The translations under genes were made by a program, and so were the position numbers. This document shows, in pieces, positions 36,210 to 45,772 of a DNA stretch of 64,000 nucleotides; positions within the stretch are counted from its first letter, which is position 1, and each line of letters starts with the position of its first letter. Origin of the DNA: Patescibacteria group bacterium (lineage in GTDB: Bacteria > Patescibacteriota > UBA1384 > 2-12-FULL-50-11); NCBI GenBank assembly GCA_038058635.1, contig JBBUAP010000001.1, forward strand, positions 197,190-261,189. The letters run 5' to 3'. The notes under the pieces were generated by a model. The model saw only the letters and a list, made by a program, of their open reading frames with translations, was not told the origin of the DNA and did no database searches.

Positions 36210-36769
36210 CTTACTTTTGGCATATTAACAGGATTTACGTAGGTTTCCTCAACATTTTGGGTGAAAGACTTCAGCTCGTCGTTGTTCATAATCTCGACTC
36301 CGAGATCACTGGCGGTACCTCTAATCAAGCTTTCGGCTCCGGATTCCTCGTCTTTTGAGCTAACCATCACTTCGAACTCAAGATGGTATCCCCAAGTTTT
36401 ACTGTATTTAACCGCGACTTCCACTCCCTTGTATTTGAAATCGTGACGAAGAATTATCGGCTCAACTAAATACTTATGGCCCAGCTCTTCAAAAAGTTTA
36501 ATTGCTTTTTGGGTGTCTGTTTCGGCGATTGGAAATTCTATCTCTTCAAAGGAGTGTCCGTAGCCAATCTTTGTTAGCTTTAAGGTTATTTTTCCGGTTC
36601 TTTTAGTAATGTTGTTCGTCACTTTGAGCAGGCGATCAGGCATAACGAAGAACCAAACTCTCTTATCGTCGGCGCCTAGATCCTTCCCGTGTTTCAACAG
36701 GAACTTCAAAACGCGGTCGTAAATTTTTCTGTCAATTTGAGATCGGAATTCAACTTCAATATTTTTCAT
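36206..36769 (-). CDS. CYTH-domain protein
   Basis: IEVEFR, FEEIE, WGYHLEFE; start corrected to avoid tRNA-Phe. Confidence 0.82.
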   Translation of the reverse strand: MKNIEVEFRSQIDRKIYDRVLKFLLKHGKDLGADDKRVWFFVMPDRLLKVTNNITKRTGKITLKLTKIGYGHSFEEIEFPIAETDTQKAIKLFEELGHKYLVEPIILRHDFKYKGVEVAVKYSKTWGYHLEFEVMVSSKDEESGAESLIRGTASDLGVEIMNNDELKSFTQNVEETYVNPVNMPKVR

Positions 36770-36772
36770 CCG

Positions 36773-36844
36773 TGCCGAAGGGGTGAATCGAACACCCGAC
36801 ACCACGTGCTTCAAACGCGTGCTCTACCACTGAGCTACTTCGGC
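36773..36844 (-). tRNA. tRNA-Phe(GAA) with G37
   Basis: GCCGAAG/CTTCGGC, CGCGT-TTGAAGC-ACGTG. Confidence 0.92.
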
Positions 36845-36861
36845 AAATTTTATAATGTACG

Positions 36862-36915
36862 GCTCTACCACTGCTTGCCCACCGAAGCCTTGGCGAAGGT
36901 GGGAGCTACTTCGGC
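36862..36915 (-). repeat. Duplicate of the tRNA-Phe 5' 24 nt, interrupted by a 30-bp palindromic insert (36874..36903)
   Basis: Plus strand GCTCTACCACTG-[CTTGCCCACCGAAGCCTTGGCGAAGGTGGG]-AGCTACTTCGGC. Confidence 0.88.
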
Positions 36916-36953
36916 TAATTACAAACCATATTTTATCTCACTTTAAGGATAAG

Positions 36954-36990
36954 AAAAAGGCGGTGGGAGTTGTACAGCTCCAACCGCCTT
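36954..36990 (-). terminator. Intrinsic terminator for the 70-aa ORF
   Basis: AAAAAGGCGGTGGGAG...CTCCAACCGCCTT. Confidence 0.65.
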
Positions 36991-37002
36991 CCGGGTCTCG
37001 GG

Positions 37003-37215
37003 TCAGCTGATTGAGATCGCTCCCAAGCAGGTGAACGAAAGCTCATTGTCGGGGATTCTCCATCGATCCAGCAACTTCGCTTGCTGGGGAGAGGAAACCA
37101 AGTTCAGAAGCTTGTTTCGCGCCTCGAGGCTACCCTCATTGGCAGGGCGAGCCAGGGCTTGAATCAACCTCATTTGTTGCATGCAAGACAAGAACTCAAG
37201 ATGCGGTCGTCTCAT
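37003..37215 (-). CDS. Hypothetical 70-aa protein
   Basis: GAGGAGG RBS and a terminator. Confidence 0.55.
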   Translation of the reverse strand: MRRPHLEFLSCMQQMRLIQALARPANEGSLEARNKLLNLVSSPQQAKLLDRWRIPDNELSFTCLGAISIS

Positions 37216-37465
37216 ATACCACCCTCCTCGATCGTGGAAGTATGGACTAATAATACTATTTTTTCAAGGGTTTACAGCCCTATTTTTTGGTGGAGACGAC
37301 TGAACGCCATTCGCACTCAGATCATATCTGGAAAATACTACTTCGAAAAGTTTCGTCTACCGAAGGAATAAGCTACCGCATGTACCTACGATAGCCCCTT
37401 CCCCTATTGACTAGCGCATCGCTCTTAGCTACAATGTCGCAAGTTCATTCATAGGGAGGTAACGA

Positions 37466-37942
37466 GTGGGTTCAGATCAGAAAGACCAGCTTCGTATCTT
37501 GGAAGAAGGGCATGAGATAACCGACACAGAGGTCGCACGACAAGTACTCAGAGCCGCTCGAACGCGATTCGGCGTAGAGCAGAAGGAGATGGCGGCATTT
37601 CTCGGCGTCGGCAGTCGAACCTATCAGCGGTGGGAGCAAGAAGGCACGCTTTTCAAGACTCCTGGCAAAAGGCGAAAGCTCTGTTTATTGCAGTCTGTCG
37701 CCCGCATGGGCCTTGAGGATGCCGTTTCAACGATACGTCAAGCAGCACCCTCCGAGTCATTCAATCTTGAGGTCAGCGAGATTCCTGCGGGAATCATGCA
37801 AGCCTTTGCGTCTCACGGGCTGTCGGCCAATATCGACATCCTTCAGCGACTCGCTACAGTGGAGAAGGTTCTGGGGTTCAAACTCCAAGAAGAGAGCTGG
37901 GCGATGCTTGTCACCGACTATCGCAACGCATCACTCTCCTAG
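37466..37942 (+). CDS. XRE-family HTH protein
   Basis: LRAARTRFGVEQKEMAAFLGVGSRTYQRWEQ; GGAGG RBS. Confidence 0.8.
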   Translation: MGSDQKDQLRILEEGHEITDTEVARQVLRAARTRFGVEQKEMAAFLGVGSRTYQRWEQEGTLFKTPGKRRKLCLLQSVARMGLEDAVSTIRQAAPSESFNLEVSEIPAGIMQAFASHGLSANIDILQRLATVEKVLGFKLQEESWAMLVTDYRNASLS

Positions 37943-38082
37943 ACCGCGCTTAGACCAAAGAGCCCAGACTGCAATTGCAGGCTGGGCCCTAGTTCTGCCC
38001 ACAAAATCTCATTTGCGCGTGGGTGCAGTAGTAGCTCGCCTTGCCTATCAATATGTGGTTTCCGAAAATGGAATCGTTTTTG

Positions 38083-38163
38083 TGGGCGAGGTGGGACTCG
38101 AACCCACATGCCTTTCGGCGCTGGTTCCTAAAACCAGTGCGTAAACCATTTCGCCACTCGCCC
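38083..38163 (-). tRNA. tRNA-Leu(UAG)
   Basis: GGGCGAG/CTCGCCC, CTGGT-TTTAGGA-ACCAG, variable arm GCC-GAAA-GGC. Confidence 0.93.
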
Positions 38164-38209
38164 GAAATACACCTTCAATTCTACGTTATTTTGGAGTGAA
38201 AATCGAGTC

Positions 38210-38653
38210 CTAGATCGTGATTCGGCTTTTCATTTTCTCAAACGTCTTTGGGCCGATGCCTTTGACTTTTTCGATATCTTCAATGCGAATGAACGGGCCG
38301 TTGGTGGTGCGATAGTTGATTATCGCGTTGGCGTAAGCTGGGCCGATGCCAGGCAAGGTATCGAGCTCGCTAACTGAAGCGGTGTTGATATTAACAATCC
38401 CCGTAGTCGGCGTCGCGGTTGCGGTGGTATCGCTTGATGCCGTCGAAGAGGTTGGCGTAGGGTTTTGTAAAGTACTACTAATATCACTAATGACCGATTG
38501 GGTTGGAGTATCTGACTCAACGATCGTCGATTGCTGGCCAGTTTTGTTATTAACTGATGTTCCGAGCAAAAAACTCGACCCGGCCACCACCAGCATCACC
38601 AAAACCCAGCCGATATTACCGCCGAGCTGGTTCTCAAGAGCGCGTTTTGCCAT
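38210..38653 (-). CDS. comEA: ComEA helix-hairpin-helix DNA receptor
   Basis: VNINTASVSELDTLPGIGP, GPF..IEDI.KVKGIGPK. Confidence 0.92.
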   Translation of the reverse strand: MAKRALENQLGGNIGWVLVMLVVAGSSFLLGTSVNNKTGQQSTIVESDTPTQSVISDISSTLQNPTPTSSTASSDTTATATPTTGIVNINTASVSELDTLPGIGPAYANAIINYRTTNGPFIRIEDIEKVKGIGPKTFEKMKSRITI

Positions 38654-40658
38654 CCTTATGTTGTAGCACAACTTTTTTTAATTCGGGATAACTGTCGAGT
38701 CCGGTGGCCAGAATTTGCTCGGCCGCGCCAAAAGCCGTCTTAATCGCCGGGGCGTCGGATAGAGTCGCGTACTTTAGTTGCGGCAGACCGCTTTGTTCGA
38801 TGCCTACTAACTCACCGGGGCCGCGCAGTTCCAAATCGGCTTCGGCTATTTTTAAACCGTCACTGGTTTCGGCCAAGACCGCCAGGCGTTTTTTGGCGAG
38901 CTCTGTTTCGACTGATTGAGCCAGATAGCAAACGGACTCTCGTTCACCGCGACCGACTCGACCGCGCAACTGATGCAAAGTCGCCAGTCCAAACCGATCG
39001 GCCTCTTCAATCAAAATCCAGCTCGCCAGCGGATTGTCGATACCAACCTCAACCACCGTTGTGGATAGCAAAATATCTATTCCACCAGTTTTGAACTGTT
39101 TAATAATCTTCTCCCGCGCCTCACTTTTGATCTTGCCGTGAACGACACCGATCCTTGCAGTTGGAAATCTGGCTGTTAATCGATGCTCTTCGGCGGTTAC
39201 CGCTTTTCGCTCGGCTGTGAACAGCGTCGCCGAGCTGACGGCCGATTCGTTAATCAGCGGACAGATGACAAATCCCGGCTGACCAGCGTTGATTCTTTTC
39301 TCAATTTCTTTCTCAGCTTCTGACCGACCATTTTCATCAAACACGACGGTCGTGACCGGTTTTTGATGAACAGGTTTGTCGAGCAAGTAAGTAATATCCA
39401 AATAGCCGAACAAACTTTGGGCAAGAGAACGGGGGATCGGGGTGGCGCTCATCATTAATAAGTGAGTGGTGGGGTATCGAGCCAAAACGGTCTGCCGCTG
39501 TTCGACGCCAAAACGATGTTGCTCGTCAATAATAATTAGCCCCAAATTGTTGAATTTAATTTTTGGCTCCAACAGAGCGTGAGTGCCGACAACAACATCG
39601 GCCTCGAGGTGGTTTTCTTTGGTCGCACTCGTGACCAGGGCAACTTTCAGGCCCAATGGAGCGAGAATATCTCGGAGCGTCTCGGCCTGCTGGATGGCTA
39701 AGATAGCGGTTGGATTTAACCAAATTACCTGTCGCTGGTTCTGGCAAATAGCCGCGGCGGCGATCATCGCTACCGCCGTTTTGCCGCTACCCACTTCGCC
39801 ATAAAGCAGGCGATACATTGGGTGGTCGAGCGCTAAATCTTGGACAATCTGCCAGCTGGCGCGGCGCTGGCCGTCAGTTAATTTGAAGGGCAGAGCCCCG
39901 ACAACTTTCTTCAATTCTTCAGTATTGATATCAAACTTTTCTGCTCGGAGAGCTAGGCGCTCTTTTTTGGCGAGCAAGACTTGGGTCGATAAGACTAACA
40001 GCTCCTCGAGCCCTAGTAACTGCCTCGCTCCCTCTAGAGCAGCAGTGTCGGTGGCAAAGTGAACGGCGTCAATCGCTTCGGCGCGGCTAGGTAATATTTG
40101 GTCGCGACGAAATGCTTCGGGGACGATGTCTTGAAATTGACTAATCAGCCCTCGGGCGGTTGTAATCAGTCGCCGAATTGTCGCTTGATACAAACCAGCG
40201 GTCGCCGGATAGATTGGCGTTACTTCCAAATTGTTAATCAATTTTTTGACAAAAAATGGATTGCCCAAGCTTGGGGCGATTCGCTTTTCGCCGTAAAGCA
40301 TCACCTCTGTCCCCACTCGTAGTTGGCCCATTAGATAGCGCTGATTAAACCACAAGGCGTTGATTGTTCCCGATTCGTCACGAATTTTGGCTTGAACAAT
40401 CATCACCCCGCGCTGGCTGCGGCGGCTGTGGACAGATTCGATGGTGCCGGCAATGACGCTCGGCATTTTGACTGACAACCGACTAATCGGCACTAGTTGC
40501 GACCGATCTTCTAGACGGTTTGGAATCAATTCGAGCAAGTCTTTGATTGTGATGACGCCAAGATTTCCCAACTTTTTGCCCAAAAACTCGCCGACACCAG
40601 GCAATTTTTCAATCGGGTCGGTTAATTTGAGAGGATTAGACTTGGTTATAACCATCAC
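38634..40658 (-). CDS. recG: ATP-dependent DNA helicase RecG
   Basis: GEVGSGKT, IIDEQHRFG, MSATPIPRSL, QLRGRVGRG, DLELRGPG. Confidence 0.96.
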   Translation of the reverse strand: MMVITKSNPLKLTDPIEKLPGVGEFLGKKLGNLGVITIKDLLELIPNRLEDRSQLVPISRLSVKMPSVIAGTIESVHSRRSQRGVMIVQAKIRDESGTINALWFNQRYLMGQLRVGTEVMLYGEKRIAPSLGNPFFVKKLINNLEVTPIYPATAGLYQATIRRLITTARGLISQFQDIVPEAFRRDQILPSRAEAIDAVHFATDTAALEGARQLLGLEELLVLSTQVLLAKKERLALRAEKFDINTEELKKVVGALPFKLTDGQRRASWQIVQDLALDHPMYRLLYGEVGSGKTAVAMIAAAAICQNQRQVIWLNPTAILAIQQAETLRDILAPLGLKVALVTSATKENHLEADVVVGTHALLEPKIKFNNLGLIIIDEQHRFGVEQRQTVLARYPTTHLLMMSATPIPRSLAQSLFGYLDITYLLDKPVHQKPVTTVVFDENGRSEAEKEIEKRINAGQPGFVICPLINESAVSSATLFTAERKAVTAEEHRLTARFPTARIGVVHGKIKSEAREKIIKQFKTGGIDILLSTTVVEVGIDNPLASWILIEEADRFGLATLHQLRGRVGRGERESVCYLAQSVETELAKKRLAVLAETSDGLKIAEADLELRGPGELVGIEQSGLPQLKYATLSDAPAIKTAFGAAEQILATGLDSYPELKKVVLQHKDGKTRS

Positions 40659-40680
40659 TTGCTGTAGTCTAGTTCTTGTG

Positions 40681-40860
40681 ATGATTCAAGACAAGGAACA
40701 CCCAGCTTTGTTGTGGTACGCATTTGGCTTTTTTCTGTTACTCGCCATCGTTGGCTATCTAATACTGTCAAACGTTGATAATACCCCAGCTCTTAGTGAC
40801 AGCTCGGCTGTTCTGAAAGTTCCTAGCTACCAAAACCTCTTCGGCGACACTACGAATTAA
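40681..40860 (+). CDS. Small single-TM protein
   Basis: MIQDKEHPALLWYAFGFFLLLAIVGYLIL; TAGTCT box just upstream. Confidence 0.6.
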   Translation: MIQDKEHPALLWYAFGFFLLLAIVGYLILSNVDNTPALSDSSAVLKVPSYQNLFGDTTN

Positions 40861-40947
40861 CAAAACCGAGAGTTTGAACAGCGACCCTTCCGGTTCAAAC
40901 CTCTTGGTTTTCTCAACACCCCTGTGGGAAGCGTGCGGGGTAGGGAG

Positions 40948-40994
40948 TGTGAGGGTGTAGGGGCTGCTTCGCAACTAAGCCCCTCACCCTCACA
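40948..40994. repeat. Long palindromic element
   Basis: TGTGAGGGTG-T-AGGGGC...GCCCCT-CACCCTCACA. Confidence 0.6.
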
Positions 40995-41043
40995 AAAAAG
41001 CCGCGACGCAGTCGAAAACTACTTAATTGGTCAATTAATTTCG

Positions 41044-43170
41044 TCACCCTAAAGTAACTTCGACGAAGTGTGTTCCTCCGGCGAAGGGGCGGATGACATT
41101 GCCGGTCAGGCGGACGCCGTCGACGATAATTCGATCAATGCCCTTCGAAACCCGAAACGGATTTTGGATTCGAATATGATAATCCGCCCCTCGAAATTGT
41201 CGTGTCACTTCGACCTGTCGCCAATCTTTTGGTAGACACGGATCGATCTTCAACCCACCCAGAACTGGTTGGACCCCGAGAATCTGCTCGAGCATAGCTA
41301 TCCAGAGCATGCCCGCTCCGGTACTACCCCAACCAGAAGACCCTCGCCCGAAATGATGATGCGGAGGTCCATTGATACTATCAGCTACAATGTATGGTTC
41401 GACTCGATAGATGGTCGGTTCGGCCGCTCTTACTTGCGGATTGATCTGCTTCCAAACTCGCTGTGCCTCGTCGCCTTGGCCGATCGAAGCTTTAGCCCAG
41501 ACTAATCTAGCCGAAACACTAGTTACAATGGCGCAGTTGCGACCGCTTCCCGGACTATCAACCGACTCGCAATAATCATCGTTTGCGAGTGGATAGACCG
41601 GTGTGAAATTCAGTGTCCCGTATTTGGTGCCCAGCTTCTGATCGACCGATCGAAGCGCTCCCTTGGCTCGCTCAAGCGTGACTAAACCACCGATAATCAA
41701 CCAAGCTTGGGCCTCGGCGTCGATCTGTCGGGGTTTATTTTTTTGACCAATCTTGCCGTGCGCTGAGTGGATGCCGGCGCTGTAACATCGACCCGATCGA
41801 AGGTGCTGATCGACAGCACTCTTAAGTCTCTCAAGTAATCGGGTGTACCGATCGACGAGTTGATGCTCGCCAAAATGCTCCAGAATTGGGATAGCTTCCC
41901 GCCAATAGTAAGCCACTTCCCCCGTCAACGCCGCTGATTCTAGTGAATCCTCGCCAACCCTATTTTTTATTAGACCCCTCACCGACAGCTGGTCTTGGCA
42001 GTAGTTTAGGGCGCGAATAAAATGATGCAAGACTGTGCCGTCGCCACCGTCGCGGTATTCGACGCGGCGATGAAATAAATCGTAGTCGCCAGTTTCTTTG
42101 AGATAAGCGATAAGCAGTCGACAGAGAGTAGTGGTTGGTTTGACATTATCGAGCTCACCATTTTTGGTTTGGGTTGAAAGGACCGATTCGATGTCAGCGG
42201 CGGTGGTTTGTCCAAGCGACAGACCGGTGATTAGGCGATCTAGATGTGCCTGCTGATTGTGGTCAAGCGAGTTTAAGCTCTGAAACTTCCAAAATTTATT
42301 GAATAACTTGTTCGTGTCCGAATCGGGCGTCTTGATCGTGACGCGACTAAGCCATTCTTGTTGTAGCTCCTCTGTCCGCGCTAAGGATTTAGCAACCGCT
42401 CCGGGATGTTTGAGTAGGGTGATGGATTGTCGGGTGGAGCTCAGATCAAATGTCCGGCCAGTAAACACATTCAAGTGAGTCGTAACATTTTTCCCCAAGG
42501 TCAAATGGTAGCTGATCGTCATCAGAGCATTCTCTCCTGCCGCCGTGCTTCTACCACCCTTCCCTTCGATGACGGCTTGCGGAGCTGAAAAGCTGCCGTA
42601 TTGGCCCAAAAAAGCTTCTTGACTACAATCAAAACTATCAAGAGCGCGGTCACTAGCACAGAAGAAAGTTACGGTTGGGTCGAGGCGATTCTGGCCGACC
42701 AGCATGCCTTTTTCCATCTCAGCTTCATTGACCTTTTCTGGTAAGCCAGCAACAAAGTAAACTGCCAAACGGCGTTTTTTATCCCCGATGTTCTGCAAGC
42801 GTATTTGCCAGACTTCGCCGTCGAATTTGTCAGGCACAAAAACGCTAGCGAAAGCATCGATCTGATCATATTTATAATGGAAATCCGTCACCCCAACTCT
42901 ATGTCGACACTCAAAGGCGTCAAAACGCCCACCGACCGGTTGCCAAGTTAGTGACCAGAACTTATCTGAGTCTAAATCGCGGATATAGACATAGCGTGTC
43001 GTCGGGCTGGTTGGGCCGTCGTAACCAAGGGTTTGGGTAGCTTGGCCGTCTTGCGCAATCTCAAGTCGATAATGCCCATTAGTCAGTAAATTGAACCACG
43101 GTTGTGGCGTATCGGGTCGCCCTATTACAAACTCCTCGCCGTTAGGCGCCAATTCTCCAAATCCCTCCAT
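41044..43170 (-). CDS. GH94 glycoside-phosphorylase-like protein, catalytic motifs degenerate
   Basis: DTPQPWFNLL.N, YIRD....FWSLTWQP, EPY, ILGV.P...GL.IDPCLP..W, R.FRGA.Y.I. Confidence 0.85.
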   Translation of the reverse strand: MEGFGELAPNGEEFVIGRPDTPQPWFNLLTNGHYRLEIAQDGQATQTLGYDGPTSPTTRYVYIRDLDSDKFWSLTWQPVGGRFDAFECRHRVGVTDFHYKYDQIDAFASVFVPDKFDGEVWQIRLQNIGDKKRRLAVYFVAGLPEKVNEAEMEKGMLVGQNRLDPTVTFFCASDRALDSFDCSQEAFLGQYGSFSAPQAVIEGKGGRSTAAGENALMTISYHLTLGKNVTTHLNVFTGRTFDLSSTRQSITLLKHPGAVAKSLARTEELQQEWLSRVTIKTPDSDTNKLFNKFWKFQSLNSLDHNQQAHLDRLITGLSLGQTTAADIESVLSTQTKNGELDNVKPTTTLCRLLIAYLKETGDYDLFHRRVEYRDGGDGTVLHHFIRALNYCQDQLSVRGLIKNRVGEDSLESAALTGEVAYYWREAIPILEHFGEHQLVDRYTRLLERLKSAVDQHLRSGRCYSAGIHSAHGKIGQKNKPRQIDAEAQAWLIIGGLVTLERAKGALRSVDQKLGTKYGTLNFTPVYPLANDDYCESVDSPGSGRNCAIVTSVSARLVWAKASIGQGDEAQRVWKQINPQVRAAEPTIYRVEPYIVADSINGPPHHHFGRGSSGWGSTGAGMLWIAMLEQILGVQPVLGGLKIDPCLPKDWRQVEVTRQFRGADYHIRIQNPFRVSKGIDRIIVDGVRLTGNVIRPFAGGTHFVEVTLG

Positions 43171-43225
43171 AAACTAATCTTAACCCACTTTTTCCCAGAG
43201 GGGTAATTACTGTTACAATCTTAAT

Positions 43226-44218
43226 ATGCCTCAATTGCGTCAGAATATTGTTACTGGTGAGTGGGTGGTAATTGCGCCCGAGCGATCGAAGCGACCGACT
43301 GATTTTGTTGCCGCTGAATCAATTAAGCCCCAGCTAAAGGCAGAATGCCCATTCTGTACTACTAACGCGTCCGGCGCCTACAATACTCGTCAAAAAGAAT
43401 ACGAATCCAACCTTATCTACGTAGCCCCAAACAAGTTTCCAGCTTTTGTTGAAGATGTTGAGCATTGCAGTCCCCGAACCTTCAAGCTTGAGAATAACTT
43501 TTATAACGCCCGGCCGTCAACAGGGGGACACGATCTAATTGTAGCCAAGGATCACGATCACCAAATTTACGACTTTTCCGAGGAAACTTGGTTTGAGATG
43601 TTGGAAATGGCCCGTCACCGTTACATCTACTGGCGTCAAGATTGCAATACTCGCTACTCAATGCTTATTTACAATCAGGGCGTCAGAGCCGGTGCCTCAA
43701 TCTACCACCCCCACGCCCAACTTTTTGCCAGCAATATCATCCCGAACCAAATCTCACGTGAATTAGACGGGGCGTTGGATTATTTCAGCGACAACGGGTC
43801 GTGTGTCTTCTGCGATCTTGTATCTCACGAACGAGAAGAGAAGGTCCGGGTTCTAACCGAAACTGATGATTTGATTGTCTTCACTTTCTATGCCGCTCGC
43901 TTCCCATTTGAAATTTGGGTTTTGCCAAAAGAGCATCTTGCCAACTTCGCCACCGTTAAACCTGAACTCATTAAATCATTAGCAACTGTGATGAAGGGAG
44001 TTGTTAGTCAGCTGGGCACAACTCTCCAAAATCCATCATTCAATCTTTATTTACACGACCTACCAACTGGCGTTGAACGAGCTGATTATTACCACTGGCA
44101 TATTGAAATTGCGCCACGCGTCTCTACCTACGGCGGTTACGAACTTGGCTCGGGCACGATCATCGATGTTATGAGTCCGGAAGACGCCGCCGACTATTTG
44201 CGGCAGAATAAGGTCTAG
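43226..44218 (+). CDS. galT: GalT-family nucleotidyltransferase
   Basis: WVVIAPERSKRP, CPFC, NKFPA, GASIYHPHAQ, CVFC, YHWHIE. Confidence 0.9.
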   Translation: MPQLRQNIVTGEWVVIAPERSKRPTDFVAAESIKPQLKAECPFCTTNASGAYNTRQKEYESNLIYVAPNKFPAFVEDVEHCSPRTFKLENNFYNARPSTGGHDLIVAKDHDHQIYDFSEETWFEMLEMARHRYIYWRQDCNTRYSMLIYNQGVRAGASIYHPHAQLFASNIIPNQISRELDGALDYFSDNGSCVFCDLVSHEREEKVRVLTETDDLIVFTFYAARFPFEIWVLPKEHLANFATVKPELIKSLATVMKGVVSQLGTTLQNPSFNLYLHDLPTGVERADYYHWHIEIAPRVSTYGGYELGSGTIIDVMSPEDAADYLRQNKV

Positions 44219-44303
44219 AACGGCTTGCTTGTCACCCCTAATTCATCTAAACTTTTGGCAAACGATTAATGATATCTAAAAGCGCTCCAGTAACGAATCT
44301 CGG

Positions 44304-45740
44304 ATGAAAATATTATTTGTTGTTTCGGAAGTGGCGCCCTATGTTAAAACCGGCGGTTTGGGCGAAGTTATGAATGCCTTACCCAAAGAATTACACCGTC
44401 TCGGCCATGATGTCGCAATCTTTATGCCCTTGCACGGTAAGATTGATCGTCAACGCTTTCCGTTACTGCCAATCGGACGGGCAAAAACACTCCGTCTCGG
44501 CCGAAGTAAAATTCCCCATCGATTCATGGCTAGTCTCCTCTCCCAAGTGGTGCCGGTATATTTTTTCGACCAGCCGAAATTGTTTGGACAGCGCGACCAA
44601 GTTTACGGGGGGATTGACGGTAATTATCGCTACCTAGTTTTTAATCAGGCCGTCTTTTCTCTGCTGGAAACTCTCGACTGGACGCCGGATATTATCCATT
44701 GCCACGACTGGCCGTCGGGATTAATCCCGAACTACTTTGCCAACCTACCGGCTCGCTCGAAGCTCAACAATATTAAGACGGTTTTTACTATCCACAACCC
44801 AGCGTTTACCGGTACGACCAATGCCTGGCAGATTGCCCCGGAATTCAAAGATAATGTCGAAACTCCGGTACCGACCGACCGTAATAAAATGAGCTACCTC
44901 AACTTTTTAGAGCGAGGCATCCGTTATGCCGATGTCGTAACAACGGTTTCCGAACCACACGCCGAAGAACTGAAGGAGCCATTAACCGATCATGGCTTGA
45001 GTGATCTTCTCAAGGCCAAGAAGAGACGGTTCTTTGGTATCCGCAACGGCATCGATTACAACATTTTCAACCCGCGGATCGACAAACACTTACCGGTCAA
45101 CTACGACGAAGGCATTCTCCATCGTAAATACGACAATAAACGAGCCCTCCAGCACAGACTTGGTTTGACGGTTGACGATCAGATTCCAATGATTGGTATG
45201 AATACTCGTATCTCCGAGCAGAAAGGTTTTAATTTGCTCTTTGAAGTATTGCCCAATATCTTGGATCTTGGCGTTCAGTTCGTGATAGTCGGTACCGACC
45301 AGGGCGGCTATGTCAAAACCCTGAATGAATTCGCTAAAAAGTATCCAGCCCAATTTGCTTACCGTCCGTATTCAGAGGAGTTGGGGAGTCTGGTATACGC
45401 CGGGTCGGATTTGTTTCTAATGCCGTCTCGCTACGAACCGTCGGGCTTGGGGCAGATGGTCTCGCTTCGTTACGGATCGATTCCATTAGTTCGTCGAACC
45501 GGTGGCTTGGCTAGCACAATCACAAATTACAACCCGAAAAATAATACTGGCATCGGTTTTGTTTTCGATGCTTACACGAGCTCAGCCCTTTTTGTTTCTG
45601 TTAAGCGGGCGTTGCGAGTTTTCCAGAACAAAAAGCGTTGGTGGGAACTGATGCGTCGGGCGATGAACACATCCTATTCTTGGGAGCTACCGGCCAAGAA
45701 ATACATTAAGGCTTACCAACTCGCGGTCAAAAAGTTTTGA
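44304..45740 (+). CDS. glgA: Glycogen synthase (GT5)
   Basis: KTGGLG, HCHDW, NGID, QKG, MPSRYEPSGL.Q, RTGGL. Confidence 0.93.
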   Translation: MKILFVVSEVAPYVKTGGLGEVMNALPKELHRLGHDVAIFMPLHGKIDRQRFPLLPIGRAKTLRLGRSKIPHRFMASLLSQVVPVYFFDQPKLFGQRDQVYGGIDGNYRYLVFNQAVFSLLETLDWTPDIIHCHDWPSGLIPNYFANLPARSKLNNIKTVFTIHNPAFTGTTNAWQIAPEFKDNVETPVPTDRNKMSYLNFLERGIRYADVVTTVSEPHAEELKEPLTDHGLSDLLKAKKRRFFGIRNGIDYNIFNPRIDKHLPVNYDEGILHRKYDNKRALQHRLGLTVDDQIPMIGMNTRISEQKGFNLLFEVLPNILDLGVQFVIVGTDQGGYVKTLNEFAKKYPAQFAYRPYSEELGSLVYAGSDLFLMPSRYEPSGLGQMVSLRYGSIPLVRRTGGLASTITNYNPKNNTGIGFVFDAYTSSALFVSVKRALRVFQNKKRWWELMRRAMNTSYSWELPAKKYIKAYQLAVKKF

Positions 45741-45772
45741 CTCTGACTGGCTAAATTGAGAGAATCGTATTA

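Noticed and set aside
36773-36844. TCA triplet as a Sec/suppressor anticodon
   Set aside because: It is on the non-coding strand; the minus-strand cloverleaf gives GAA
37003-37942. Divergent XRE plus small ORF between tRNAs as a prophage immunity region
   Set aside because: No integrase, replication or structural phage genes and no att duplication; at most a small relic
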